From the NCBI GenBank assembly GCA_001599295.1, contig BCGN01000010.1, positions 186,001 to 250,000 on the forward strand: DNA of 64,000 nucleotides, in the 5' to 3' direction. The notes beneath the pieces were generated by a model. The model saw nothing but the letters and a program-made list of their open reading frames with translations. It was not told the DNA's origin and ran no database searches. Positions within the stretch are counted from its first letter, which is position 1. Every line of letters starts with the position of its first letter. Origin of the DNA: Sporopachydermia quercuum (taxonomy: Eukaryota). A program made the position numbers and the translations under genes. Shown here in pieces: positions 11,972 through 25,200 of this stretch.

Positions 11972-12099
11972 AAAAACTCCTATGATAAAGGCAAATGTTC
12001 CATCAAACAACATTGACAGTCAGTAACCGAGAGCTTTATTACCTATGACATTAAATAATACCTAGATACCTCTTTTTTGAATCCATCAGTTGTTTAATA

Positions 12100-12930
12100 A
12101 TGGCTGGACTTTCATTCGAAAACTATCAACGAAACCAATACCTACAAGCTCAAGGAGTTGCAGTTCCTAATGCTACCTCCACCGGTACAACGATTGTAGG
12201 ATGTCGATTCAAGGGAGGTGTTGTTATAGCTGCTGATACTCGAGCGACAAGTGGAGATATTGTTGCTGATAAGAACTGTGAAAAATTACATAGAATTGCC
12301 CCAAAGATTTGGTGTGCCGGAGCTGGTACCGCAGCTGATACAGAAATGGTGACTCAGTTGATGGCATCTAACCTCGAATTACATTCTATGTCAACAGGAA
12401 GAGAACCAAGAGTTGTGACATGTTTACAACAATTAAAACAACATTTGTTCAAATATCAAGGCCATATTGGTGCATACCTAATTCTAGCAGGTGTTGACCC
12501 CACTGGTCCAAAGCTTTTCTCCATTCAAGCTCATGGATCGACAGATGTTGGTTTCTACCAGTCATTAGGATCTGGTTCTCTGGCAGCTATGGCTGTTTTG
12601 GAATCAAAATGGAAAATGGATTTATCAAAGGAAGAAGCAATTGATCTATGTGCCGAAGCAATTGAGTCTGGTATTTGGAATGATTTGGGTTCAGGTTCTA
12701 ATGTTGATTTATGTGTGATGGAGCAAGGGAGAGATGCTGTTTTACATAGAAATTACAGGACACCTAATCAAAGAGCTCAAAAGGAAAGATCGTATAAGTA
12801 TAAGAGAGGTACCACCAGCGTGCTAAGTACGTCAATCTATGATATGGTGAATCTGGAAGAAGAAACTGTGTTTGGTTTTAATGATGCTGCTGTACAACCC
12901 GAACACATGGAGGTGGATACTCAAGCTTGA
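12100..12930 (+). CDS. PUP1: 20S proteasome beta-2 subunit
   Basis: MAGLSFENYQRN propeptide, TSTG|TTIVG catalytic Thr, GIWNDLGSGSNVD. Confidence 0.97.
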   Translation: MAGLSFENYQRNQYLQAQGVAVPNATSTGTTIVGCRFKGGVVIAADTRATSGDIVADKNCEKLHRIAPKIWCAGAGTAADTEMVTQLMASNLELHSMSTGREPRVVTCLQQLKQHLFKYQGHIGAYLILAGVDPTGPKLFSIQAHGSTDVGFYQSLGSGSLAAMAVLESKWKMDLSKEEAIDLCAEAIESGIWNDLGSGSNVDLCVMEQGRDAVLHRNYRTPNQRAQKERSYKYKRGTTSVLSTSIYDMVNLEEETVFGFNDAAVQPEHMEVDTQA

Positions 12931-13301
12931 ATCAGTAAACAGGTAGTAAGCATAGTATATAAAAGATCAATAAAGAGAAAGTGCAGAAAAATTGGAATAC
13001 AAAGAGAGATTAACTGGCCTTATCAATAGATTTAAATTAATTGCTTTAAATTCGTATGCTATAGTGTTGCAATATGTTAACAAATCGAATCTTTTGTACA
13101 CTCCTTATGTGGTCCCTTAATCATGTCGAGGTTTATGTTGATGATGTTTATGTCAAAGATTGGAACATTAGAATGTATAAGGAAGGGAAAGTGAAATGGT
13201 TGTTCCAATTGTTACTGATTACTTGATAGCCCGTCTAATGAATCACTTGTTACTAAATCATATATTTACTTCAGTATTTAGTCTTTTTCGTTAACTCTTA
13301 C

Positions 13302-13973
13302 TCACTTCTTGACTAATGTCTTGAGTGCTATGTTACAACCTTCAACAATAGCGATATGCTCAATTGCATGCACACGAGATTCGTACTCTTCCACTGTTTC
13401 TCCTTTTATCAATTCCAACTCTTTAACAACTAATGGCTCACCTTCATCAACTTCCTGAATAACTTTGTGAATCATAACACCTGCTTTAGTAATTTCACCT
13501 TTTTGACCAGCAGCCCATGCCCTTTCAATTGCATTAATTCCAGCAAATGCACCTGGTAATGCAGGATGAAGATTGATAATAGGAATATCAGCTTTGTAGA
13601 TAGGTTCCAGAAATGCTGGTGAGAGAATCAACATCCAGCCTGCACATACTATTATATCTGGTTGTTTATACCCTGTGACTCCTTCTTTGCCTTTGGTAAT
13701 TAATGTAGCTAAATCGGTATCGAATTGGTTTCGTTTTTGTTTTCTTTCCTCCACTTGATCCTTGTGAACTCCTTTGTAGTAACTTTTCAATTCATGCGTC
13801 CAGATATTTGGCACGCCCGCTTTCTTGGCTCTTTCTATACCAAAAGCAGTGCTTGAAGACGATATAATAGTGGTGATTTCACCATCAATAACTCCCGATC
13901 TGCAAGCCTCAATCAGCGCTTGAAGGTTGGTTCCTGAACCAGATATTAACACCAGTATTGATGCTTTGCTCAT
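13302..13973 (-). CDS. ADE8: Phosphoribosylglycinamide formyltransferase
   Basis: VLISGSGTNLQALI, CAGWMLIL, INLHPALPGAF, GVMIHKVIQEVDEG. Confidence 0.96.
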   Translation of the reverse strand: MSKASILVLISGSGTNLQALIEACRSGVIDGEITTIISSSSTAFGIERAKKAGVPNIWTHELKSYYKGVHKDQVEERKQKRNQFDTDLATLITKGKEGVTGYKQPDIIVCAGWMLILSPAFLEPIYKADIPIINLHPALPGAFAGINAIERAWAAGQKGEITKAGVMIHKVIQEVDEGEPLVVKELELIKGETVEEYESRVHAIEHIAIVEGCNIALKTLVKK

Positions 13974-14711
13974 TCTGCAAGCTTTTTCTATGAGTTATAT
14001 GCCTATTACAAACTCTAATGGCTAGAAGGTTACATCAGTATAAAGTATATACATTCTCCATATTATATCAGCTGTTTATTCACTCTATCTCTTTCTTGTA
14101 CATAAAATTTTTTTGTGTATGATCACGGTATAGGAAAAAAAAGCTGATGAATGATTGTGGTTTGAGGACTTCGAGTCTCACTATTTCTGTAAAGGGGTCC
14201 AATGGGGTCCAAACTGGAGATAGTTCAAAAGGGGGTAGAAGAGAGATCAGTGGGTAAGTCGATTGGTGGACAGTGTTTTCATATAGATTAATTAGTATAG
14301 AGATTGAAGCATGTTCGATATCAATGTTCAACAGCAAACATGGTTACTTTATAGGACGAAATAATAATTTGGTATAGCATACAGTGTAAATAATGGGAAG
14401 AGTAATCCAAGTAACGTTTGTTCANCTAACCCTAAAACACCTACTTCCCTCTCTACAACATAGTAGTAATCAGAGAAGATATATCTCTATTGATATACCT
14501 ATGATGATATCTAACAAAGTAAATAGATAACCAATAAACAATAAATAATAAATAAATAATAATTGTAGAGCTATAAAAACAAAATTTTGAACCAACATAG
14601 TGACTACTGAAGAAATATTCATATATGATAATGGTATGCAGATAACATTAAATGTTACCAAATTCCTTTCTTTCAGCATTAACATCTATCGGTTTTCTAT
14701 GAAGAGTTCAT

Positions 14712-16456
14712 TTATAATCTCTTGATAACTTCTTCGGTAAAGTTCTTGGTGGAAGAAGATCCCTTCAAATCCTTGGTTCTGTTTTCAGGACCACTAGCAA
14801 TGGTCGTCAAAACAGCTTTTTCAATCTTGTCAGCATACTGATCTAGATGCATATGTCTCAACATCATGCAAGAAGATAATAGCAAAGCTGTAGGATTGGC
14901 CAAACCCTTACCAGCAATATCAGGAGCAGATCCGTGGACAGCTTCGAAAATACTGACCTTATCGCCCATATTACCAGAAGGAGTCAATCCTAAACCACCA
15001 ATAAGACCAGAAGACAAATCGGACATAATGTCACCGTACAAGTTAGGCATAACCATGACAATATCCTTGTAAGGAGTAGGGTCAGTGACCATTTGTAAAC
15101 AGGTGTTGTCGATCAATTCAGAGGACAATTCGACATCAGGATACTCCTTAGCGACATCTCTGGCAGTTTGTAAGAATAAACCGTCAGCAAGCTTCATGAT
15201 AGATGCCTTGTGTACGACTCTAACTCTTGGCTTACCAATAGATTTGGCATATTCAAAAGCATATCTAATTACTCTTTCAGAAGCTTCCTTGGTGATCAAC
15301 TTGATAGATTGCACTACACCTGGAACAACGGTGTGTTCAATACCAGAGTATTCACCTTCAGTGTTTTCTCTAATCAAAACAGTGTCAACACCATCATAAG
15401 GGGTCTTGAAGCCAACAACTGACTTACAAGGGCGAACATTGGCAAATAAGTTGAAAGTTCTTCTCAAAGTCAAGTTAAGAGAAACGTGACCTTTACCAAC
15501 AGGAGTAGCCAAAGGTCCTTTCAAAGCAACCAAGTTCTTCTTGACTGATTCAACAGCTGTAGGGGGAATGGTGGTCTTACCATCAACGAAGATAGGAGTG
15601 ACATCGACAGGTTCCCAAACGATAGGAACCTTAGCAGCAGAGTAAATGTCCTTGACAGCCTGGGAGATCTCAACACCAATACCATCACCCTCAATCAAAG
15701 TAACAGTGTATTTGCCCTGTTTTTCTTGTTAGTATTATGCTCTTCAGAGAAAATGTTCAGCTGGCTCGATCGACGGTGGGGAACATATTCTTAGGTGCTC
15801 TGTGTTGAAGAGATGCATGGGGTGATGAGATCCGGATAAAGGGTATAACTGTATGGTATATTTGTAGAATTATTACACTCGAGGAAATATTCATTTTGGA
15901 CCTAAATTCCAATCAGGATAAACAACTCATGATAACATTCATAGTGACATTCATGTACTTCCTCAATTGGTTGATTGATCGATTGATTGATTGATTGCTA
16001 ATTATCTGCCATACCCACTGTTCGCCAGTGCTATATAAATAGGCTCTTTCTCAAACAGTTTTCATCCAATATATCAATCAACCCTCAGAGGATATTATTT
16101 TCATCCAGAACTATACTCATTACATATCATTTTCCATAACCTCTTTTCTCCTAAAGATTTCCGAAGAATATTCATTCGAATGCAACCAACACGTCCACCG
16201 ACGAATTGGAAGGCCATCGCCAATCTTCCATAATAAACATACATCACTGTTCTTCTTTCCTTCAAATGAAGCAACAGAAGTAGCATAAGTTCTGGCGTAT
16301 GATCTAGCAGCCTATAATCGTCAAATTGTTAGTAGTCCAACTAATATTTTGATTCTCATCCCTATTTCTCTCTTGATCTACCAATATCCGTCTACTTACC
16401 AAAGCTCTGCTCGACGAGATCAAAGATGATCGAAACATTTTTCTACTGGACATCAT
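14712..16456 (-). CDS. IDH2: Mitochondrial NAD-isocitrate dehydrogenase catalytic subunit 2; exons 16456-16400, 16311-16243, 15716-14712
   Basis: [24 protein letters not shown]. Two upstream exons ([19 protein letters not shown] | [23 protein letters not shown] | [12 protein letters not shown]) join by GTAAGT..TACTAAC..TAG (88 nt) and GTATGT..TACTAAC..CAG (526 nt) and supply a mitochondrial presequence. Confidence 0.93.
15970..15997. repeat. (GATT)n microsatellite in IDH2 intron 2
   Basis: gttgattgatcgattgattgattgattg. Confidence 0.7.
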
Positions 16457-18311
16457 TGTGTTTGTTCTCTTCTTTAGTTGCTATTCAAACTAATCACCAC
16501 TTAATATCAATATCAATGACAGCTCAATTGGATATTAACTGATCTTCAATTCCTATTCCTGGTATTTACATTTGATTATTGGTTACTTCGTCAATTCTTT
16601 CCCGTCTTGATTGATATATCTGGTTGTAAGGAAGAAAACTCCTCTAATAAATGCATCCCCCTGTGAAAGCACTAATCTGAGTTGGGTTTTGGGTTTGTAT
16701 TTTCAAGTTCGGGAAATGTATGCTAAACTTTAAATAGGACACAAAATAGGAGAGAGAAGATAGGAGGATGGAGGTTTCTGATTAGGTGATATGGAAATGA
16801 TCCGGACAACTCGGATGTGTTGGGAATGTATGGAATTGGTAGGGCAAGTAAGTGTTTGGTTGAATATATCAACGAATTTAATATTTATAGAAGATGAAGA
16901 GTTCTATTTGATGACAGTTAGAGGAAAATAAATTATTGGCTTAGTTAGAAATAAGCACAAGAAGCTGAGGTTGGTGAAATCGGTTAGAGGTGTGCAAGTC
17001 AATTGTCAATTGATGGACAGATGTTTATGATATTGTGACAGTTCGATGAATGATGGTTTACCTTGCATCTTGTATTGAGCAGCTGATAAATTCACTCTTT
17101 ATTCAGTATATTTATAACTTATAGAAAGCAGTTACTACAATGTGCACATACTACCTCAGCATTCTTCTTAAAAGTCATGCTTCTACTTCGGTGTCGGTGT
17201 TTATGAAAATGCACTACCTGCATGTGTCCTGCAGGTGTGCGGTATTATACTTGATCCATACAAGTTCATGGTTAGATGTAATGTGAAAGGTTCCTGAATA
17301 TATATATTGGTTGGATGGTATAGAATATCGCTCAAGAGGTCAAAACAGCTATTTATGAATAGATTATCGTTTTTACTTATAGTTGTTGCAGAAAACGGTA
17401 TTTTAACTGTATTAAGTAATATACCATTGGGGTATCACATAGTCAATGCTTCAATTGACGGCCAAGGAAATCAGTAGGCATTCATTCATATTTGACAATT
17501 CAGCGTTGCACGAAGAGAGATGCGAAAAATGGGTGAGTGAATTCAATCGTAAACTGTAAGTAGAAAATAATAAAACGAAACAAGTGAAATTGTCTATGTG
17601 CGTGGTTCGGATCTCCTCCCCGAAATTCGCACACAGTGTGATAAGCGATGTCCGAGTGCCGGCTTTCAGTTCAGAGAATTCAGAGTTGAGTGATTATGGA
17701 AAGTAAGTCTTCGAGCCGGTAATGGACTAAATGGTAGTAGCTATGAATTTTCAGCAAGAGAAAATAGACAGGAAATGATGAGATAGATACTTTTACTACT
17801 ATAATCGAGCGGAGATATTGCAATTACATTAGCACTTGATTATAGAGCTGGTTTTTTTCTGTTTTGATTTTGATTGTAGCCGAAATATAGATGTTGTTGA
17901 TGAAAGCATTGGAAAATTTTACTTTTGCAATAGCAGTCGATACTCATAAAGGATGGGAGTGAAAGGTATGTGGATCATTCAACGCAGGATGTCACAATAT
18001 TCCTATTCTCCGTTTGACTTTTACCCCGAGTTTATTCTCTAGATTTTTGTTCATTTTTGACGGAACATTCCATTTCTGTTTACGTCAACAGCAGGATAAT
18101 AGTGCGTATACAGTAGATACGTCCTCGCCATATTCGGTAGATCCGTTTTTTGTTGGAAAAAATACCCCCCCAGAAGATGAGTATCTAATCTCGATACAGT
18201 ACAACGAAGGAATATATGAAAACAATCATTCAATTCAATTGTTTATTATCACTGAATATTTTCTATTGATCGCAGTTAGCAAAGTGATTCAAATACACAA
18301 AACAAACTGTT

Positions 18312-20462
18312 TTATATAACTTTCTTCATACAGCTAGCAGCTCCGTTTCCATCTCTTACTACCCCAAGTTCCAGTAGCTTTGCAAACGCATTGGAAAAGT
18401 CTCTGAAGAATGCGGATTGATCATTAGCATATATTTCTACCCATTTTTTAAAGTCGTTATCTTTCATTAATGCCATATCTGTTTTAAGCATCATGATAGG
18501 TTGCCCATTTGAGTCTTCTGGTTGTCTTGTAATGTACTGTTGATTACCTGACCCACTAACCTCTACCAGTTTCCATTGATTATTGTTATAATTGTTCATT
18601 AGATTGATGAAAAACGAATTGTCAAAGCTGGTTGGATGTTCGTCCCAAGTTCCATCATAACCGGATATTTTATGATGGCATCTACCTACCGTATGTGCTC
18701 CTATCAGCGCTACTATTTCACCATCACTGAAGCCCATTCTGTAAAACACATCTCGAACATGATCTGCCCCATATTTTGCAATAGGTAATCTACCGTTAGG
18801 AGGGACATAGTCCGATATATCTGAATTTTCGTCAGCTGCAATGTCTTCTATGTCTTTTCTTCCTGGTGACCAAGGCACTTCTGGTCCTCCCATGTGTTCA
18901 ATGGCAACAACACCTGCCAAAGTCCAGAGGTCAGCATAGCTAATCCAATCATGCTTTCCCTTCACAGGTTCTAGAATATTCACGGCATTTTGAAGACCTT
19001 TATTTGCTACATCAGATAGTTCTGGATTGTATCTGAAGGTTAGGTTAGTATTTTAGTAGCGCAAAGTACTAGTAGGTATTTGTTTGCGTTTCGAGTTAAC
19101 ATACCTCATTGTTGCACCATTTGATCCGCCTGTACCAGTGTTCCTATCAAAAGTGCCAGCTGCATGCCACGCCAATCTGACAATGACAGGACCATAAGAT
19201 CCATCGTCATAATTCTGATCGTCGAGTATATCAGCAATTGACTGTCTAACATTCTTGTAAGGGTCGGAAGATTGGAATAGGTTGTGAGGTTTCTTGAACT
19301 TTTTAGAAAAGGAACTTGAAAGCTTGTAGTTCATTTGCAGTTTATTGAAATGATGATCGGTCAATTTGGATGATTTCAATTTGTCACGACTTATTTTATT
19401 TCTCTTCATCTTCTCTATCAAATTCTGTCTATGTAGTTTACCTTGCGATGGTAAAAAGTTACCATCAGTGGTAACGACTCTTCGCTCTGATTTTAAAATT
19501 GATTTTGGGATTTCATAATCACTTTTGAAAGAGTCATTGATATCGTGGTTAACAGTTTTGTATTCAAGACTTGAGATCCTTTTCTTTGGCTTGATAACCT
19601 TGTTAGAAGAATGAACCCCCAAGTCCACTTTTGATGGTTTAGCTGGCTCAAACTGAATAAGTCCAGACAATGGTTTCTTCTTCAGGTCTTGGCCGAAGCT
19701 AGATTTCCTCATTGATAATTGCATATCTGATGTGTAAGAGAGATTGCCACTAAGTTTTGGTGTTGACGAAGAATACGATTCATTGCTTTTGCTTGGCCAG
19801 GATTGAAAAGGCTTTTCTGTTAGTTCTTCTTTTGTATGTTTACCACTTGTTGGCTTTTTTGCGCTTAAAGAAAATTCTGTGTCATGAGAAAATGATACCG
19901 AAGGTTTCGTTTCTTTGATGTCCTTGGGAATTTTGATCATTTTGCATAGAATATATTCAACCTTTTCTTTCCATTTAGAAAGCCCTTCCATGAGTAAGTC
20001 AAACTCTGCTTTACAAAATTTTGTCCCTTTTAAATGGTAAATCTTCCTCTTGAGTGTCATAATTATATCTTGCTTGATAAACTTATCTTTTTCTTCTTTA
20101 GCCTTGAGAATAAACCACTTAACTTTGGGAATTATAATGATTAATTTTTCTGCTATTTTGGAGAATATTTTCTCCTTGATCATCAGAAGCTTGCAGATAA
20201 GATCAGTGAGCTTTTCAAATATTATGCATACAAGTCTGATGAGATTAACAATAATAAGCATAATAATAACTATAGGCATAGTTATTATATGAGCAATAAT
20301 CTTCTTGATTTTCTGTATAAACATCTTGATCTTTTTGATTTTTGCAGCTTTCTTTTCTTTTTTCTTAGCAAGCTTACCTTTAACCTTATGATTCTTTGGC
20401 TTTTCAAATTTTGCTTTTTTGCTGTAAGCTTTGTGCTCCAGCTTATCAGAAAACTCCTTCAT
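18312..20462 (-). CDS. Class I heme peroxidase (cytochrome c peroxidase CCP2-like) with a long N-terminal extension; exons 20462-19105, 19032-18312 (692 aa)
   Basis: A 72-nt intron GTATGT..TACTAAC..CAG joins [13 protein letters not shown]. Distal [16 protein letters not shown], proximal [24 protein letters not shown] and FAKLLELGV are all present. Confidence 0.88.
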
Positions 20463-22286
20463 GTTTATTAATGTTTATATTGGTGATGATTTGTTCAAAT
20501 CTGAACTTTATAAGTAAATCAGCTTCTGTTAAAGTGATAAGTAGCGCCAATGGGAGAATGATACAATGCGCTGCTTTAGAAGACACAGATAATGATAATT
20601 TCTTTCATTCAGCGTTACTTTTAGAGGTCTTACTGCTCTTTCTTTCTCGCAGTGCTACTCTCAACGCTTCCAAATATCCTGTTGATATACGTTCATATAT
20701 GCTGATATTCGTTAATAGAAGTGATGAAGAATATACAAATAGAAAAGGAAAAAGAGGAAAAAATTAAGATAAATAGAAAGAGGGGCTTGAACCAACTTGG
20801 CGGCTAAGTACACAAACGTCTTTGTCAACCTAGCGAGGAGATAACACAAATGTAGTTTCACGTGCTGTCAGTTGTAGATTTAAAAAGCGGTAAATGGACT
20901 TCTCCATCGTGTTTCCGAATCTCAGAAGCTGGGGGCTAATGCAATGAATAATGTTTTGAGTAAACTGTAGGTTGCTAAATAAAACTCTCCTAGTTTTGTT
21001 GATTCTCAAATCGATTTCGCCCTTTTTTGTATCAGTTGATNTGTGTGCGTGATGTATTTGGAGTGTTCAAACAATCAAAGTCTAATTTTCAAATTCCCAA
21101 TTGGGTACTGTAATTGACTACTTTTAAGTTGAAACTTTATTGACATTTCGCTCAGCAATGCGAGAACCAGATATTTGAAGCTCTTTTTTCTCGCTTAATT
21201 ATCACCTTGAGCTGAACAGTGAAAACCCAAATTGCCAGTTGCTAAATTGCAAATCTCAAATCGCTTTGGTGACATCCCTTTTATATATTTTCAAAAAAAA
21301 AAAAGATTGCTAAATTGAAAAATATAGCATATATTAAATATAGACTAGATAGCAAACAAAAGTGAAAGCTGTCAAAAGAAAGGAATACTGTTCAGTAGGT
21401 ACTTACTACCTGATAATAGTAGACTCAACCACTTGCAANAACTGTGTTGTAGTAGAGAGAAATTGGTTATGCTGTGACGAATGCGTAATCAAGTTTCAAA
21501 TCAAAATGGTTAGGAACGCTAAAATTTCTCTAATTAGTTTGATTCATGAAAAAAAATTGCAATCTCATTGCTTGTTAGTCTAGTAACTATCAAAAAGTAA
21601 CTATCAAAACTGTTATCAATTCGCAAAGACGACATATGCTTCAAACTAATAGCATCTCAACTGCCAAATACGACAACATTCCATACTGAAGTAACTATTA
21701 TAAATGCAGAAACAAAACTATCTTCTAACAATATATTACTCATTAGTATCTNTTAGCATTTTTATTGCCTGAACTTGTTGATTGTATGTTATCCGGTTAC
21801 ACCTATTTGTCTTGTTGTTCTAGATATTCTAATATATTCATTTCGGATGCAACCTAATGGAGTTTGTTTTATATGCTAAGCTCAAGGATTATTCATATAT
21901 TTACCACTAAAATGTAAGATCTGAAGTTTTACTTACATTCTCTATAGCTTTTTNTGCTACAGTTCTTTTCATTCAGTTTACGTTCGATAAGTTCCGTAAG
22001 TCATTCAGTCTGTTTAGTTAGTAATAGAGTACAGTCGTTGTGAGAATAGAAATTTTATATTCTATCCAAGTTCGATTGATCTCATAGACTAGTACAAGCT
22101 CAGCTTTCTTATTTATAAAGTTTAGGTTATTAGAATAACAGACAAGCATTGGAATATTTGTATACATTTGAGAAAGACACAACGGAAAGTATATACTTTA
22201 TAATTTCCTGATTTAACTTTGTATTTTCCAATATTCATGTTATGTTCTCCGTTTTACTATATCTCCGATATTTCGCACATCTTTTT

Positions 22287-25200
22287 CTATAAAACAACAA
22301 TGTGTAACGGTTCCCTCTGTATAACAACCGATGGCGGCAATGTAAATACTCCATCAGATGCCTTCATACCATATCTCAGCTCTTCTACATCACTATCAAC
22401 GGGATCAACAATTTCCTGAAACATTGACCCCCATTCATACTCTCCTTTCTCTAAAAACACAACTCCAATATCCAGTGTCAATGATTCTCCAGGTTCAATT
22501 GGAGGATAGATAGACCTTTGCAGGACTCCGTCAAAAAAGATCTTTCTATCTGCTGCCAACACACCCGAAGTGTCATTGACTGTTATATTCAAATTGCTTG
22601 ACCCAGCATCGTTATTGGTAGATCCTTCATTGTTTAGATTAACATACGAAGAGCTGATTCTATTGCCTATGTTACTGTTANTGTTATTGTTATAGCCGGG
22701 GATATTCGCATTGCTGTTACCTTTGATTTGCCCGATTGTTCTACTGCGTAACAATGGAATATGTCTAAGCATTCCTTTGATTGGTCGATTAGTTCTATTG
22801 ATAATAACTGCTTTCAGATTCACAAATTCATCAACTGCAACATTCCAATGGGATCCTCTATTTTCCAATAAGGATTTAGTGCTATCAACAGCCTCACAGA
22901 TCTTTTCGTCCTTGCTGTTCTCCCCTTTATTGACTCCTAGCACGCAATCAGTCAATGATAGCTCAATGCCTATATTTTCAACCTGAAGAACAGATATCAT
23001 GGATGTCGACAGTCTTATACCGCGCAGTTCAACATATCCTTTACGCGATGATCCATCCTTGCTGCTGCTTTCAACCTCTTCCCATTCACCTTTAATATGC
23101 CGGAGAAGCTCTCTTCTATACCAAAAGGCCTCGCGGATAGTTTTCATTTCCTCTAAAGAATAGCCTCCGGAGACACCACTGGCTGCCATTTTCTTAGCTT
23201 TTGGCCGAAGGCTAGGTACAGGTTTTAAAGAAAAGCCGTGCGGAAAGTTGATCCGTTTCACTGGCAGAAGGAACCGTTTGCTGACTTTGCTGGGAATCAA
23301 TGATTCTACTGCAAACGAGCGCTTTACAGCACTGTTAATTTCGCAATCATACTCGTCTGTAGTGAAAGGTGTAGTGCTCATTTCCAGCTTTACCTTCATA
23401 CTTTTGCCCCAGCTATTTCGGAGATCCAGGACTAGTAAACAATAATCTGTGATTTTTTCAGTGTTATGAGCGAGCTCCTGGAGGAAATGGGCAAGTCTCC
23501 CATAGGAAGGATCCACTTTCAAGGCTTTCCCACTGCTATTCTGATCAACGAACACATCAACAGATTTCAGTATTTTCCCGCTCAGGGGGATTATATCGCA
23601 GCCTGTAAGTTCTATGCTTGAATGAACTGTAATATTAACAGGTATGGAAAAGGATCTAGTAAACAAAGAGGCATCACCGGGATCTATTAAATGGCCGTAT
23701 TGGAACTTGATGGTGGCATGGTTCATTCCTCGTTTGCCGAGCACTTCGAATTCGAGTGTTTTCTTTTGTTTTCTATTCAAATGGCTGAATGGTTTGCTGT
23801 TGGGCCGGAGTTTCACTGCTTGTTTCCGGAGCAGAAAATACTCGAGTTCAAATACTTCGTTTGGGGGCAAAGTGGAACCGGCACCGTCCTGAAGCAGNGC
23901 CGCTGTCAGCGGCTCTTCCGTCGAATCCAAGACAGAGATCTCAATGTAGTTGGCGTCGATGATATCGGAAGTGTTGATGAGCGAAACGGAGAAGATGGTT
24001 GTCTGGCCCTCTAAAAGCATGAGCCACCCCTGATTCAGGGACACGTCGGAAACAGAGATAAGTGGCTGAGAGGGGATCACCTCGAAGGAGAGAAATTTGC
24101 ATTTCGCGCCTGGATGGGTTGCCAAATCGGTCAAATCCCCTGTCGCCGGAAGCTCGGAAGCTTTTCCTTTTACGGAAAGGGGTCCGAAATATGAGCGGTT
24201 GCTGAATAAGGCAAATCCTCCGATTTTCTTCACTTTTTCGCTTAAAAAGTGTGAAATGCCGAGAACTGAAGCAACCAATGGGAAAAACTGTTTTCCTAAT
24301 CCAGCAATATCTAATACACATCCGATAATTAGAGTTTTCCCATATCCTTGAGGTCGAACGTTTACAGAAACATCAGTGACCGAAAAAGGTGATATATGAG
24401 CAAATCGAGCCGACGAGTTCGTCTCAAGAAGGATTCTCGGTTTTCCAGAAACGGCACCTTCTATTCCCAAAACATCACATACTTCCCTACTGCTGTCTGT
24501 GACCAAATCAATACTATTCACAGTTATGCCAAACCCAAACGGATTCTGTAACGAAACAATGAATTCCACGTCCTCGTTCTGGATTAAAAGCTTCTCAACT
24601 GAGTGAGTTTTTGGCTCCTTTGTTTCAAATGGATTGTAAATCAAAACATCCTCATCGTTGTTTTTGATTCCCTGTTTTAGCTTCTTCAATTTCGTTTGAA
24701 CCCAATTGTTGTGGTTGGCTTTGTTGATGTTTCTTACAACGTAGGGATCCCAGTAAATAAACTGGGGGAATGTGTCGATAGCAGAAGAACCAGAAGAAGT
24801 GCGATCGCCATTTCTAGTGCCATTGTTACCATTGCTATTATTCCTGTTGTCAGGACTCAAATGAATCCTTTTCAATGATTCATTGATCATTTGATACAAT
24901 GTGAGCTGGTATTCCTTTGTCAATGTGTCAGAAAGAGAATATAACATATAACATGCCAGTTTGATCACTGTGCCGGAATCCTTGATTTTTGTGCACAGAT
25001 TTAATACCAACATGAGAATGTTTCTCTGGATGGTTCGCCATTTGGGTACATTTGCTTTATAATGGGCAACTACAACAGTTTTGCTATCGCTGTCGTCGCT
25101 GCTGTTGCTGCTGATTCTATCAACTCTTTCGTAGATATCTCCAATGCCATAAACACTGAGTGTCTCCTGCAGAAACTCATGAAATGTCTGCTGTGAGTCC

